Origin: Nitrospirota bacterium
Lineage (GTDB): Bacteria > Nitrospirota > UBA9217
NCBI GenBank assembly: GCA_963818475.1
Contig: CAWFSF010000005.1
Span: forward strand, 544,001-608,000
Direction: 5' to 3'
Length of the DNA stretch: 64,000 nt
Shown here: piece after piece, positions 41,045 through 52,647 of the stretch
Layout of the letters: the number at the start of each line of letters is the position of its first letter
Position numbering within the stretch: the stretch's first letter is position 1
Program-made: the position numbers and the translations under genes
Notes under the pieces: generated by a model
What the model was told of the DNA's origin: nothing
Databases searched by the model: none
Seen by the model: the letters and a program-made list of their open reading frames with translations, nothing else

Positions 41045-41641
41045 TCAGTATATTCTCAGCAGACCCAGGATCCGCTCTTTGAAGATCTCCGCAAGCGTCT
41101 GCATGCTCGCCACGCTCAGGAACTCATTCGCATTGTGCGAGAACAGGACCCATACCTCGGCGGGAAAATCCTGGCTTTCCTGGGAAAGCTCTACATGCAG
41201 AGAGACCTTCGGCAGCGCACGCACGGTGATCGCCATATCGCTGCCGATCAGGCTCGGTACGGTTTTTGCGTCGAGCATCTGCAGCATCGTGTTGGCGCGG
41301 GCAACCACGTCTCCCGCATATTGCGCTATCGGCAGCTCGACTTTTTTTCTGAAATCTGCGGGCGCCTGTCCGGCAAAATCGCCGATACTGCGCCACGGCA
41401 GCATGTCCAGGACCGTACCCGGACGAGAACAGATATTCGAGAATGACGCCGGTATGGCTTTCAGGCGCCTTCTGGCCGTGGAGAAAGATCCCTTCGTGGC
41501 GAACGACATACTCCTGCCCCAGCATGGCAAGAAGCAACGCATCATCCTCTTCGCTGTACAGCGCGCTGATCCGCGCAGCCACTTCAGGAAATGAGGTATG
41601 CTCAAGGGCCTTCACTGCGGACCTCCCCGTTCGCTCGCCAT
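41045..41641 (-). CDS. DUF3786-like protein (indels)
   Basis: LLAMLGQEY...ILEYL then ALPKV...DFPAEVWVLF pattern. Confidence 0.6.
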
Positions 41642-41738
41642 GGAGTGGATTTATACCTGCCTGCACTGCAAGGACAGCGGAAGTGCAGTGGCATCATCGG
41701 AAAACCAGCAAAACGCCGGACAGGTTCGATCGGGTCCG

Positions 41739-42224
41739 CTATGCCTGCTTTTTGAAGCGCTTGATGATATCTGAGACCAATCCCTTGATATTGATCTGAA
41801 GCGGGATGACATCGGCAGGAAGCTGTTCAGTGAAGGAATACTCGGCCTGATTCCAGGTAAAAAGACTGACGATGATGTCATTCACCTGGGTCTTGAGCGC
41901 ATTGAAGAGATCTTGGGGAGTTACCATGCCGTTCTCGACGAGGATGGCGCCCATCTTTTTCAAGCCGAGGTGTTTTCGGTTCAGAACAAGCGCCTTGTCG
42001 AGGTCTGCTCTCTTCAGTTTGCCGACCTTCACGAGTATCTCGCCGAGACGGTCATTGATATCCGTTGATTTGGAGAAAATGACCTGGCCTTCCTTGAAGA
42101 ATACGGACTTTTCCACTCGGTCGCCCTTGAGTGTCAGCGTACCCGTGGCCTTCTCCGTTCTCAGTTCCTCGAAAATGACCGCAAGCGGTATATATTTAAT
42201 ATTTCCTGTGCGTGGAAGCGGCAT
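41739..42224 (-). CDS. DUF4388 domain protein
   Basis: TGTLTL...KSVFFKEGQV, RLGEILV, LFTWNQAEYSF. Confidence 0.8.
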   Translation of the reverse strand: MPLPRTGNIKYIPLAVIFEELRTEKATGTLTLKGDRVEKSVFFKEGQVIFSKSTDINDRLGEILVKVGKLKRADLDKALVLNRKHLGLKKMGAILVENGMVTPQDLFNALKTQVNDIIVSLFTWNQAEYSFTEQLPADVIPLQINIKGLVSDIIKRFKKQA

Positions 42225-42302
42225 AATGATCGGCGTACCGTGCCCTGCAGAGCGTTATATTTTGTGGCCGGGGTGCGCATCGGCACGACAGATCAACCGC
42301 AC

Positions 42303-42938
42303 TTAATACTCGAACCTGATCCCGAGCCCGCCCTGGGTGTGCTCGCCGGTCTTGAGCTCCATCAGGATCATGAATTTCTGGCTGAGCTTCCACTCCACTC
42401 CGCCAAAAGCATAGAATGAAGTATCTTTCTCGACGCCCCTGCAGGATCCGTAGAGCGACGCCATCTCCAGCCCGCCGTAGGGAGTGAATTTATATCCCCG
42501 CTCCGTGAGCGGAATGCTCTTGCTCAAAATGGTGGAAAAGGTGACCTCGCTCGCGTTGCTGCTATTGATGATCGTGTTGTCGAAGCCGAGGTCAACGGCC
42601 AGGTCAAGCGGAATCCCTTCGGCCTCCTTGATGAGCTGATACTTCAGGTCGATGCCGACCAGCGCGCCGAGCTTGTCCATCCGGTCCGAAATCGTCGCCG
42701 ACGTTACTCCGAACTTGACGCCGACCTCCAGGAGCGCGCCCAGACCGTAGCGGATCTCGGGATAGAAGGACCGTGTAGTGATCACCCAGCGTGAAGTGGA
42801 TGCCGGTCTGCGTCATCCCCGGATCAAGACTTTCAGCGGTCGTGAACTCGTTCTGCGTGAAGTTCGGAAATGCCCCGGCCTGGCCGACGCAGAGCATCAG
42901 CAAGAACGACATGGCGGCAAGTATCATTTTTTCATCAT
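42303..42938 (-). CDS. Outer-membrane beta-barrel hypothetical protein (indels)
   Basis: Signal peptide, amphipathic strands, C-terminal GIRFEY. Confidence 0.65.
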
Positions 42939-42976
42939 AGATCCTCCATCCAGTACCTTCCGGTGAGCGAGGTGGA

Positions 42977-43633
42977 CTATAACATCAAACGAAAATCTTG
43001 ACAAGAAAAAAAACGGCAAGAGCAGGCGGGGCGGGACGATGCTGAAGCACTAGCAGCAGGCGCGAAAACCGCTTCCGCCCCTGTGCTGATCATCCGTTCA
43101 GCCTCACTGTTCAGTTCGATGTTCCAGTAGAGGTAATCGCGCCAGCTCAGGGGAGCGTTCTTGATCCCGAAGGTCAGCGTGACCACCGGCATCCACCGCG
43201 GCTTGACCGGCTGCCGGATCAGGCGCATCCCTGCCTCGCGGGGAGTTCTGCCGCCCTTCCGGTTATTGCACCACAGGCAGGCGGTAACGATGTTCTCCCA
43301 CGTGGCCTGGCCGCCCTGCACCTGCGGGATGACATGGTCGAAGGTAAGGTCCTCGGCGGGATATCTGGTCTTGCAGTACTGGCAGGTGTATTTGTCGCGC
43401 TGGTAGATGTTGGCGCGGGAGAACCGCACTTCCTTGCAGGCGCGCTTGATCTTGACGAGTTTGAGCAGTCGCAGAATAGAGGGGAGCCTGAAGGTGATGG
43501 ACACACCCCGAATATCCCGGTCATAGAAGTCGATCACCTCAACCTTGCCCTGGGTCAGCAGGGTGATCGCTCTCTGCCATGAAATGATCTTTAACGGCTC
43601 GAATGTCGCGTTCAGGAGCAGCGTTCGTTCCAT
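42977..43633 (-). CDS. HNH endonuclease (HNH_5 family; true 3' end may be earlier)
   Basis: LLLNATFEP, RDKYTCQYC, TFDHVIP, WENIVTACLWCN. Confidence 0.9.
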   Translation of the reverse strand: MERTLLLNATFEPLKIISWQRAITLLTQGKVEVIDFYDRDIRGVSITFRLPSILRLLKLVKIKRACKEVRFSRANIYQRDKYTCQYCKTRYPAEDLTFDHVIPQVQGGQATWENIVTACLWCNNRKGGRTPREAGMRLIRQPVKPRWMPVVTLTFGIKNAPLSWRDYLYWNIELNSEAERMISTGAEAVFAPAASASASSRPACSCRFFSCQDFRLML

Positions 43634-43779
43634 TGCAACCCTCGCAGAACACAGAAAACCATACTCTGGCGAAATCCCGGGTGAACAGAAAAACTGTCAT
43701 AATTCAGGTTGTTAAGGTAACAAAATACAGAAAACGATACAGTTTGTCAATAGGTTTGAAAAACCGTATAATAGGCATT

Positions 43780-44694
43780 ATGCAAACGACTGAGACCGTG
43801 GAACAACGGACCGCGCGGGCAGCAACCGTCCGGGAAGAGGGCATTGATTCCTTCCTCCACGATCCCTCGCCCAGGGTCCTGAAGGCGCTGCTCACGAACC
43901 GTCTGCTGACCGAAGAGCATGCACTGGTCCTTGCGAACAGAAGGAACCTGTCGGCCGATGTCCTTGAAGCGATAGCAAAGGACCGGCGCTGGACCGAGAG
44001 CTATGCCCTGCGCATGGCCGTCGCAAGGAACCCGAAAACACCGCTTTTCGTTTCCCTGTCGCTCGCGCGGCACCTCCGGCTTTTCGATCTCGCTGATATC
44101 ACCCGCGATCATTTCCTTCCCCTCCCCTATCGGAAGAAGATCGAAGCAATGATCATCGAGCGCATTCCAGCCATGCCGCTCGGCATCCAAGAAGACCCTT
44201 GCACGACGAGCTGCGGGGAACGTCCTGTTCACGCTGCTGCGGAGCCGCAGACGCCGAGATCGTTCGAACATGCCTCGGCAACCCGCACCTCATGGAAAGC
44301 CACCTCTTCAAGTACATCAGCCGCGGGGACAGTCTCCCGGAGACCATCAGCATGATCGCCGAACATCCGAACTGGTCCTGCCGGACGGCCGTCCGATTGT
44401 CGCTGGTACGGAATGCGCAGACGCCGTTGTCAAGCAGCCTCCGTTTTTTCAGCCGCATGACCGCACAGGACCTGCGGGAGCTTTATGCCGACCCCCTTGT
44501 CCCGATAACGGTGAAGCCATTCATCCACCGCTGAACTCTGGGAACGAGGCATCGAAGCACTGCCGCAGACCGGCAAAGAGACCGTGTACGAGATGGATGA
44601 AACCGATGACCATGCCATGGGAGCGTTGAAGTTCGAACAGGAAGGAACAAGCTTTGACGCCGTGGAGGATACGACGGAAGAGCAGGACGAATGA
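43780..44694 (+). CDS. Leucine-rich-variant/HEAT-like repeat hypothetical protein (indels)
   Basis: Repeated ..NP.TP units (AVARNPKTP, LVRNAQTP); acidic tail. Confidence 0.65.
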
Positions 44695-44703
44695 GGCGTG
44701 AGA

Positions 44704-45853
44704 TCAACGATGGGGACGTGAAGGAACCAGCTTAAGCGCCCACCCCTGTCCCACGGTTATGGCCCCCTGGGGGCAGAATTCCTGACAGCAGAAACAGCGG
44801 ATGCAATGACGATAGCTGATCTCGAACCGCCCGGTGGTGCTGTCGATCGCTCCCTGCGGACAATGCCCCTGGCAGATGCCGCAGCGAATACACTGCGCGT
44901 GGTCGATCACCGGCCGGGTGGTGAGTGCATCCTTGAGAAACCCGCGGGCCCACTCAGGCACCCTCCACTCGAGATGCTCCTGGGGCGGCAGCCGGAATCC
45001 TCTGACCATGACGCTCTCGAGCGCTGCTCCGAGAATGCTGATGCGGTCCAGACGCGTCTCGCCGATGCCTGCCGCGGCAGCGGCCCGCACAACATAGAGC
45101 AGCGATGGATCAGCGCCGACCATCGTTCCCGAGACCACATCGAGCGCCACCGGGTCCCGCCCCGCAAGAACAACGCCGACAGGGCGGGGGTCGCCGCTGC
45201 CCGGTCCATTCCCTTCCATGCCGACAACGGCGTCCATGATGGTAAGACGCGGCTTAATGAGCGCCGAGAGTTCGACGAGCATCCGCGCGAAGGCATCGCG
45301 GTTCACGCCTGTATTGAAATGCCATTGCACTTTCCTCCGCCCGGGGATGCAGCCGAAGAGGTTCTTTACCGCACCGGTGAGCGTCATCATGCCATGGGTC
45401 TTGAGCTTGGGAAGATTGATGACCACGTCCGCTTCGTGGACCGCGCGGGCGATCTCGAACCGCTGAAATTGTCCCCGGTTCTTCAGAAGGACGGCTTCTT
45501 CCATGTCCGCCAGGGCCGCTCCTTCCTGCTGGACCACCTCCATGATCCCGGATCGTTCGCATACCTGTCCGGAGATCGCCGAAGCCGGGACTGTCGCCGA
45601 CGAGTGCCGTGCCCCCGGCCTCCTTGACAAGCCGGATGACTGCACGAAGGATCTCGGGGTGCGTTGTTACGGCGCCGGAGGGCTGACAGGCCTTCAGCAG
45701 ATTCGGCTTGATCAGGACCCGGTCTCCGGGCTTGACGAACATGGAGATGCCGCCGAGCAGATCGACGGACTTGCGCACGGCCTGCTCCACCCGACCCTGG
45801 TCGTAATCCGCACAACAGACGATAGAAACATCGGAGAGGATCGTTTTTGTCAT
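44704..45853 (-). CDS. DUF362 protein with C-terminal 2x[4Fe-4S] domain (indel)
   Basis: VLIKPNLL, TTHP, NLPKLKTHG, CIRCGICQGHC, CIRCFCCQEFC. Confidence 0.9.
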
Positions 45854-45902
45854 AGGCTGAGATGAATGAGAGGATTCCCGCTGCGGTCTCCCGTTATCGC
45901 TG

Positions 45903-46673
45903 CTATTTTTGCAGTATCGTGAGCATCTTGCTGTGGATCATGCCGTTGCTGGCAACGATCTCCTGGTCGTGGATACTGGATCGCGTACCCCGGAAATCGG
46001 AAACGGTCCCGCCGGCCTCGCGCACGATCAGGCTGCCCGCTGCCACGTCCCAGGGCTTCAGCTTCAACTCCCAGAAACCGTCAAAGCGGCCTGCGGCCAC
46101 GGAGCACAGATCGAGGGCTGCCGATCCGTCGCGGCGGACCTCCTGCGACGCCATCAGCAGTTCGTTAAAGTGATTCAGATTGTTCTTTTCGCTCACGCAG
46201 CGATCGTAGGGAAATCCCGTTGCGAGCAGGCTTTGGATAAGGCTGTCTGTGGTGGAAACCTTGATGCGTTGTCCGTTCAGATGCGCTCCCTGACCTTTGG
46301 CGGCCGAGAAGAGCTCATCCCGCATCGGATCATACACCACCCCCGCGATCACCTCGCCTGCGGATTCCAATGCAAGGGAGACGGCAAAGCACGGGTAGCC
46401 ATGCGCATAATTGGTCGTTCCGTCAAGAGGGTCGATGATCCACCGGAAGGGCGATTCTTTCTCTATCGTGGCTTCTTCCTCTGCCAGGATCCCGTGGTCG
46501 GGAAAGGCATGCAGGAGCGTTTCAACCACAACGCGTTCGGAGCGCGTGTCCATTTCTGTGACAAGATTGATATCACCCTTGAACGCAATGGTTCGCTTGC
46601 CTCCAAGATTGTCCCGCAGCAACCGTCCGGCAAGCACTGCCGCTTTGCGGGCTACGACCATATACTCGTTCAT
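45903..46673 (-). CDS. suhB: Inositol monophosphatase family protein
   Basis: WIIDPLDGTTNY, GSAALDL, WDVAAG. Confidence 0.92.
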   Translation of the reverse strand: MNEYMVVARKAAVLAGRLLRDNLGGKRTIAFKGDINLVTEMDTRSERVVVETLLHAFPDHGILAEEEATIEKESPFRWIIDPLDGTTNYAHGYPCFAVSLALESAGEVIAGVVYDPMRDELFSAAKGQGAHLNGQRIKVSTTDSLIQSLLATGFPYDRCVSEKNNLNHFNELLMASQEVRRDGSAALDLCSVAAGRFDGFWELKLKPWDVAAGSLIVREAGGTVSDFRGTRSSIHDQEIVASNGMIHSKMLTILQK

Positions 46674-46739
46674 TGGTTCTCCTGTAACGCCATGCAGTGC
46701 GGCGCACATTGTACCATACCGATTTTCGTTTTAATAACA

Positions 46740-46773
46740 AAAAAAGGGCAAGGCATTTCTGCCTTACCCTTTT
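46740..46773. terminator. Bidirectional terminator-like hairpin
   Basis: aaaaagggcaaggca-tttc-tgccttaccctttt. Confidence 0.65.
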
Positions 46774-46818
46774 GATTTCCTGTCGCCCGGACTTCCGCGA
46801 AAAAAAACCGCGAAGAAG

Positions 46819-47016
46819 CTACTGAACGATCCGTTCCATTTCGACACCAAGATAGTCTGCGAGAAGTTTCACCGTCCGTGGCTTCAAGGTGGTCCCTTTG
46901 AGCGTCCTCGATACCGTTACTTTATGCATTCCCAATTTATCGGCAATCTCGGTGTAGCTCAGCCCTTTCTCCAAACGCTTTTTTTCAAGAATTTCAATTC
47001 GGTACATGGCCTTCAC
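46819..47016 (-). CDS. Small Cro/XRE-type HTH protein
   Basis: KGLSYTEIADKLGMHKVTVSR...LADYLGV. Confidence 0.8.
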   Translation of the reverse strand: MKAMYRIEILEKKRLEKGLSYTEIADKLGMHKVTVSRTLKGTTLKPRTVKLLADYLGVEMERIVQ

Positions 47017-47189
47017 CTCACTTTATGATTTTTGGTATGAGAGCTGCCATAACGCAAGTTAACAACAACTACATTTACAACTTTAAGTATAGCACATATA
47101 TTTGCATTTTCAAACAAGAGGAACAGAAAAAAATAATTTTGCAACTTTTTGTTGACTTTGCCTATTTAAAAATGGTATATACTAACCAT

Positions 47190-47428
47190 ATGAACCTTTC
47201 AGAAAAACTCAAAAAAATGCGCACCAAGAACAAACTGTCCATGAGCCAGGTGGCCCGCCTCTCGCAGAAGGCCACTGACCACGGGGCAGGATCACGCAGG
47301 GGTATATCTCACGCCTTGAATCCGGGCAGGAGACCAACCCCAGCATGCAGAAGATCGTGACGCTCTCCAGGATCTATAAGGTAGAGCCGAACGATTTTTT
47401 CCCGAAAACGGGCCGGAAGCGGGCGTAG
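47190..47428 (+). CDS. XRE-family HTH regulator (indel near 47283)
   Basis: LSEKLKKMR...LSMSQVAR then ITQGYISRLESG..NPS...LSRIYKV. Confidence 0.75.
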
Positions 47429-47433
47429 GTCCG

Positions 47434-48277
47434 TCAGCGTGACGCGCTGTCCACCGGTGAGGAACGTGGCAATCCGCACAGTGCCTCGTTGACCGGTGAA
47501 CCGGTTTGAGCAACAGCACTTCGCGCGTGTGACACCGGAGACAGTCCTCGTCCGACGGTTTGATGCGTGCATGCGGCTTGTGGCATTCGTAGCAGTTGAG
47601 CCTCGCCATCGGAACCCGGTCCGGGAACGTTGTCTTCGACGATTTCCGGTGACAGGACAGGCATCGCTCCCGGTCCGGGATGAACGCTTCCTGCTTCTTG
47701 GGTGAAAAAGGCATGGCACCTGAGGCAGGAGATATCCTCCATCCCCACCCCGTGGATCTGCCAATCCTTATGGCATCGCAGACAGGCGTCCTTCTCCGGC
47801 CTGAACGAATGCACCTTCCGGCTCGTGACAATCCTTGCACTGCAGCTTCTCCATGAACACATGCCGCGCATGGCCCGTTGACTTGTTCACGGTCAAAGAA
47901 CCCTGGGCTGCCTCGTCCCAGTGACAGGTTGTGCAGGTCTTCCAGGGCGTCTCGTTCCCGTGCGGCTCAGGCGTTTTCCTGTCGGTGGTGAACACGAACT
48001 TCACCAGCAGCCGGTTCTGCTCGATCATGCCGAGTTGGTGGCACTCCTGGCACACCATGTTCCGGTGGCCTGAGAGCTTCCATGCCGTGTACGCCTCTTC
48101 CATGAGATGGCAACTGTTGCAGAACTCAGGGTTTTTCTGTATATAGTTATAGTACCGGACGGCAAGGACGATGCCGAGCACCGAGATGATAAGCATGAGC
48201 GAGACAAGGATCGCCTTGTCCCGGGGGCTCAGACCCCGCTCAAGCTTGTCGAATATTTTTGAGATAAGATTATACAT
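47434..48277 (-). CDS. Membrane-anchored multiheme cytochrome c, NapC/NrfH-like N-terminus, 10 CxxCH (indels)
   Basis: N-terminal TM, PEFCNSCH, WKLSGH; 4+2+4 CxxCH across three frames. Confidence 0.8.
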
Positions 48278-48350
48278 GGATACATTCAGCGACAAAGAAC
48301 AGGGGCTGATCCGTGGTTATCTCTGATCCTTGCCCTCTGTCCTCTTCCGT

Positions 48351-49374
48351 TCATTTTATCAAGTGTTCGGCGATCTGCACCGCATTCAACGCAGCGCCTT
48401 TGCGAAGATTATCCGACACGATCCACAGATTGATCCCGTTCGGGATCGACTCGTCTTCCCTGATCCTTCCCACATAGACCTCATCTTTACCTGCCGTATC
48501 AATGGCCAGCGGATAGAGGTTCTTTTTCGGATCGTCGTACACCATGACACCCGGCGCAGACGAAAGGATCGCCCGCACCTCGTTGGCCGAGATCTTTCTC
48601 TCGGTCTCGATGTTCACCGATTCGGAATGGCAGCGGAACACGGGCACCCGGACCGTGGTCGCGGTCACCCCGATCGATTCGTCTTCCAGGATCTTCCTGG
48701 TCTCGTTCACCATCTTCATTTCTTCCTTGGTGTAGCCGTTTTCGAGGAAGGCATCGATATGCGGCAGGCAGTTGAATGCGATCTGGTGAGGATAGACCTT
48801 CGTTTCGATATCCCTGAAGTTCAGGAGCGCCACGGTCTGGCCTGCCAGCTCGTCGATGGCCTCCTTCCCGGTCCCGGAAACGGACTGGAAGGTCGTGACC
48901 ACGATGCGCTTGATCCTGACCGCATCGTGGATCGGCTTGAGCACCATGACCATGCCGATGGTCGAGCAGTTCGGGTTCGCAATGATGCCTGCATGACCGG
49001 CAATCGCGTGGGCGTTTATTTCCGGCACCACGAGCGGCACTTCGGGTGCCATGCGAAAAGCGCTCGAGTTGTCGATCACGACTGCGCCGGACGTCACTGC
49101 CGACGGGGCGAACTCCAGGCTGCGCTCGGCGCCGGCGGAGAAAAGCGCAATATCCACGCCTTGAAAGGAGTCCTTGGACAGCTTCTTGACAACCCAGCTT
49201 TTGTCCCGAAACGAGATCCGTTCCCCTGCGGAACGTTCCGATGCCAGCGGCACGAGCTCGCTCACCGGGAAATTGCGCTCTTCAAGGATCTCGATCATTT
49301 CCTTGCCCACAGCACCCGGTGGCCCGCAACGCAACGACGCAACGAACATATCGAGCATCTTTTCTCTTAAGCAT
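48351..49374 (-). CDS. asd: Aspartate-semialdehyde dehydrogenase (short, B-type)
   Basis: ANPNCST, SVSGTG, DNLRKGAALNAVQIAE. Confidence 0.9.
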
Positions 49375-49389
49375 TCGCGTTCGGGCTTC

Positions 49390-50503
49390 CTATTTTTCCA
49401 CCACGATGCGCAGCATTCTGCGAAGCGGCTCTGCCGCTCCCCACAGGAGCTGGTCGCCGCAGGTGAATGCGTTCAGGAACGTCGGCCCCATGTTCATCTT
49501 GCGCAGGCGTCCGACGGGCACGGTAAGCGTGCCGGTGATCGCTGCAGGGGTCAGCTCGCGCATGGTGATCTCGCGCACGTTCGGCACGACCTTCACCCAC
49601 TTGTTGTGCTTGGCGATCATGTCCGTGATCTCGTCGAGCGGCACATCCTTCTTCATCTTGATCGTCAGCGCCTGGCTGTGGCAGCGCATTGCTCCGACGC
49701 GCACGCAGGTGCCGTCGATGGGGATCGGGTTTCCCTCCCGGCCCAGGATCTTGTTCGTCTCAGCCTGTCCCTTCCACTCTTCCTTGCTCTGGCCGCTGTC
49801 GAGCTGCTTGTCGATCCAGGGAATGAGCGAGCCGGCAAGCGGCACGCCAAAGAACTCCTTGGGATAGGCATCGGAACGGATGTGGTCGGAAACCTTCCTG
49901 TCGATATCGAGGATCGCCGAAGCCGGATCGTCCAGCAAGGTCCTTCACCTTGCCATGAACGGAACCCATCTGCTTGATCAGCTCGCGCATATTGTTCGCG
50001 CCGGCGCCCGAAGCCGCCTGGTAGGTCATGGCGCTCATCCATTCGACCAGGTCGCGCTCGTACAGTCCGCCCAGTGCCATAAGCATGAGCGACACGGTGC
50101 AGTTGCCGCCGATGTAGTTCTTGATGCCCTTTGCCATGCCGTCCTTGATCACATTGATGTTGACCGGATCGAGGATGATGATGGCGTCCTTGTCCATGCG
50201 AAGCGTTGATGCCGCATCGATCCAGTAGCCCTTCCAGCCCGCTTCGCGCAGCTTGGGATAGACCTCGTTCGTGTAGTCGCCGCCCTGGCAGGAGATGATG
50301 GCGTCCATCGCCTTCAGCTCGTCGATGTTCTTCGCGTCCTTGAGCGCCGGCACGTCCTTGCCGATATTCGGCCCCTTGCCGCCCACGTTCGAGGTCGTGA
50401 AGAACACCGGATCGATCAGGTCGAAATCCTTCTCTTCGTTCATGCGGCCCATGAGCACCGAGCCCACCATCCCGCGCCAACCGATAAAACCTACTCGCAT
50501 CAT
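49390..50503 (-). CDS. asd: Aspartate-semialdehyde dehydrogenase (gamma-type; indel)
   Basis: [29 protein letters not shown]. Confidence 0.92.
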
Positions 50504-50581
50504 TGTTCTATTCCCCTTTTATTTTCATTCCGCATTTCGCCTGGCCTCGGCATTCACACGGGGGCAATCTGAAATCCGCTA

Positions 50582-51663
50582 TTAAAGTGATCCTGCAACC
50601 ATATCCCCCACTTCCGTGGTCGAGACATGCCCATCTTGCCGGCTGCCTGGCTCTTCATCTTCTTCATCGTCGCGATCATGGCCGCCTCGATCGACCTGAG
50701 CAGACTTCGTCTCACCGAGCGAATCGAGCATCATCATGGCCGCGCCGATGGCCGCCATGGGGTTGATCACGTTCTGGCCCGCGTACTTCGGCGCGCTGCC
50801 GCCCATGGGCTCGAACATGGAAACGCCTTCGGGATTGATGTTCCCGCCCGACGCAACGCCGAGGCCGCCCTGGATCATGGCGCCGAGGTCGGTGATGATG
50901 TCGCCGAACAGGTTTTCCGTGACCGCCACATCGAACCATTCCGGGTTCTTCACGAACCACATATTCGCCGCATCGATATGGTTGTAGTCTCGCTTGAGGT
51001 CCGGGATACTGCTTCGCGCCCATCTCCTCGAAGGCGCGGTACCAGAGGTCTCCGCAATGGGTCAGCACATTCCGCTTGTGGATGAGCGTGATCGGCTTTG
51101 CCGCATACTTCGGGATTCATGGCATTGCGCTTCCTCTTCAGTTCAAAGGCATACTTCAGGCACCGGTCCACCGTGCGGCGGTCGTACACCATGAGCTGCG
51201 TGGCGATCTCTTCGGACGTACCCACGCGCGTTGCCCCGCCGTGGCCCGTGTAGATGCCGCCCGTGTTCTCGCGGATCACCACGAAATCGATATCCTCGGG
51301 CCCCTTGTCCTTGAGCGGCGTCTCCACGTTGGGATAGAGCTTCACCGGACGGAGATTGATGTACTGGTCCAGGGCAAAGCGGATCTTGAGCAGGATCCCT
51401 GCTTCCAGGATGCCGGGTTTTACGTCGGGATGCCCGATGGCGCCCAGGAACATGGAGTCGAACTTTTTGAACTCACCGATGGCGCTGTCAGGCAGCGTCT
51501 CGCCGGTCTTGAGATAGCGCGCAGCGCCGAAATCGAACTCGGTGAATTCGAGCTTGAACCCGCCCTTGGACGCAGCAGCATTGATGACCTTTACCGCTTC
51601 CTTGACGACCTCGGGTCCGGTTCCGTCACCGGGGATGAATGCGATCTTGTAGGTCTTTGCCAT
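50582..51663 (-). CDS. leuB: 3-isopropylmalate dehydrogenase (indels)
   Basis: [35 protein letters not shown]; operon context. Confidence 0.88.
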
Positions 51664-52019
51664 GATATGATTCCTCTCAAAAAAGTTATATGACTTCAAA
51701 TACGATAAGGGGAAATGGAGCATAGAAGTGCGAACGGAAGCATACCGGGTTTATTCCCGCTTTCTCCGAACTTTTCCCGTTGTCCTGCAGGATGTTAGTT
51801 TATCTCTTTCTCGCACTGCAGTTGTTCGTCCGCATCTCGCTGCAGTTGTCGTCACCGGGGGAAAAATCTAATCCGCAGGAAGGCTGGGATGGCCCGTTGG
51901 ATGAGGAATATGACGGATCGAGGTTTCTGCTGTAATACACGCAGGGTTCGCAAAGGGAGCCGGTTTGCCGCTGTTTGATTCGGCTGAAGCGCTTTCATCA
52001 GCTTGAAACACGCGGTCAA

Positions 52020-52517
52020 TTACAAGCCTGCCTTCTTCTTCGTGTACGCCATGAGGCCGCCTGCCGCGATCAGTTCCTGCATGAAGGGCGGCACCGGCGT
52101 CGCTTTGAAGGTCTTGTTCGACGTAAGATTCCGGATCACGCCGTCGTCGGCATCCACTTCGATCTGGTCGCCTTCCTTGATCCCGTCGACCGCTTCCGCG
52201 CTCTCGAAGATCGGCAGGCCCATATTGAAGCAGTTCCGGTAGAAGATCCGGGCAAAGCTCTTGGCGACCACGCAGGACACACCGGCGGCCTTGATCGCGA
52301 TCGGCGCATGCTCGCGCGACGACCCGCAGCCGAAGTTCTTGTCGGCAACCATGATGTCGCCGGGCTTCATCTTCTTCATGAAGTCGGGATTGGTGGAATC
52401 TTCCATGCAGTGCTTTGCCAGTTCTTTCGGATCCGACGTGTTCAGATACCGCGCCGGAATGATCGCGTCCGTATCGACATCAGCTCCGAATTTCCATGCA
52501 TTGCCTTTGAATTTCAT
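52020..52517 (-). CDS. leuD: 3-isopropylmalate dehydratase small subunit
   Basis: [20 protein letters not shown]. Confidence 0.95.
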   Translation of the reverse strand: MKFKGNAWKFGADVDTDAIIPARYLNTSDPKELAKHCMEDSTNPDFMKKMKPGDIMVADKNFGCGSSREHAPIAIKAAGVSCVVAKSFARIFYRNCFNMGLPIFESAEAVDGIKEGDQIEVDADDGVIRNLTSNKTFKATPVPPFMQELIAAGGLMAYTKKKAGL

Positions 52518-52647
52518 TGAAAACCTCAATTCTTTAGACGCGGATTTTCGCAGATTTACGCATGATTTTTACTTTAGATCATTTGAATCGTGTTCATCTG
52601 CGTCTAATCCGTTTTTTCCGTGTTCATCCGTGGCAAATAGATGATGC

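Noticed and set aside
42977-43633. HNH nuclease as a defence or mobile system
   Set aside because: Widespread standalone HNH_5 family; no methylase, array or mobile-element context
48351-50503. Two tandem asd genes as a novelty
   Set aside because: leuB followed by a gamma-type and a short-type asd is a known conserved arrangement
51720-52015. Possible riboswitch between leuD and leuB (GGCAAACC on the minus strand, short CTGCAGTTG repeat)
   Set aside because: The rest of the c-di-GMP-I structure and any T-box or leader-peptide features are not recognisable; an Rfam scan would be needed
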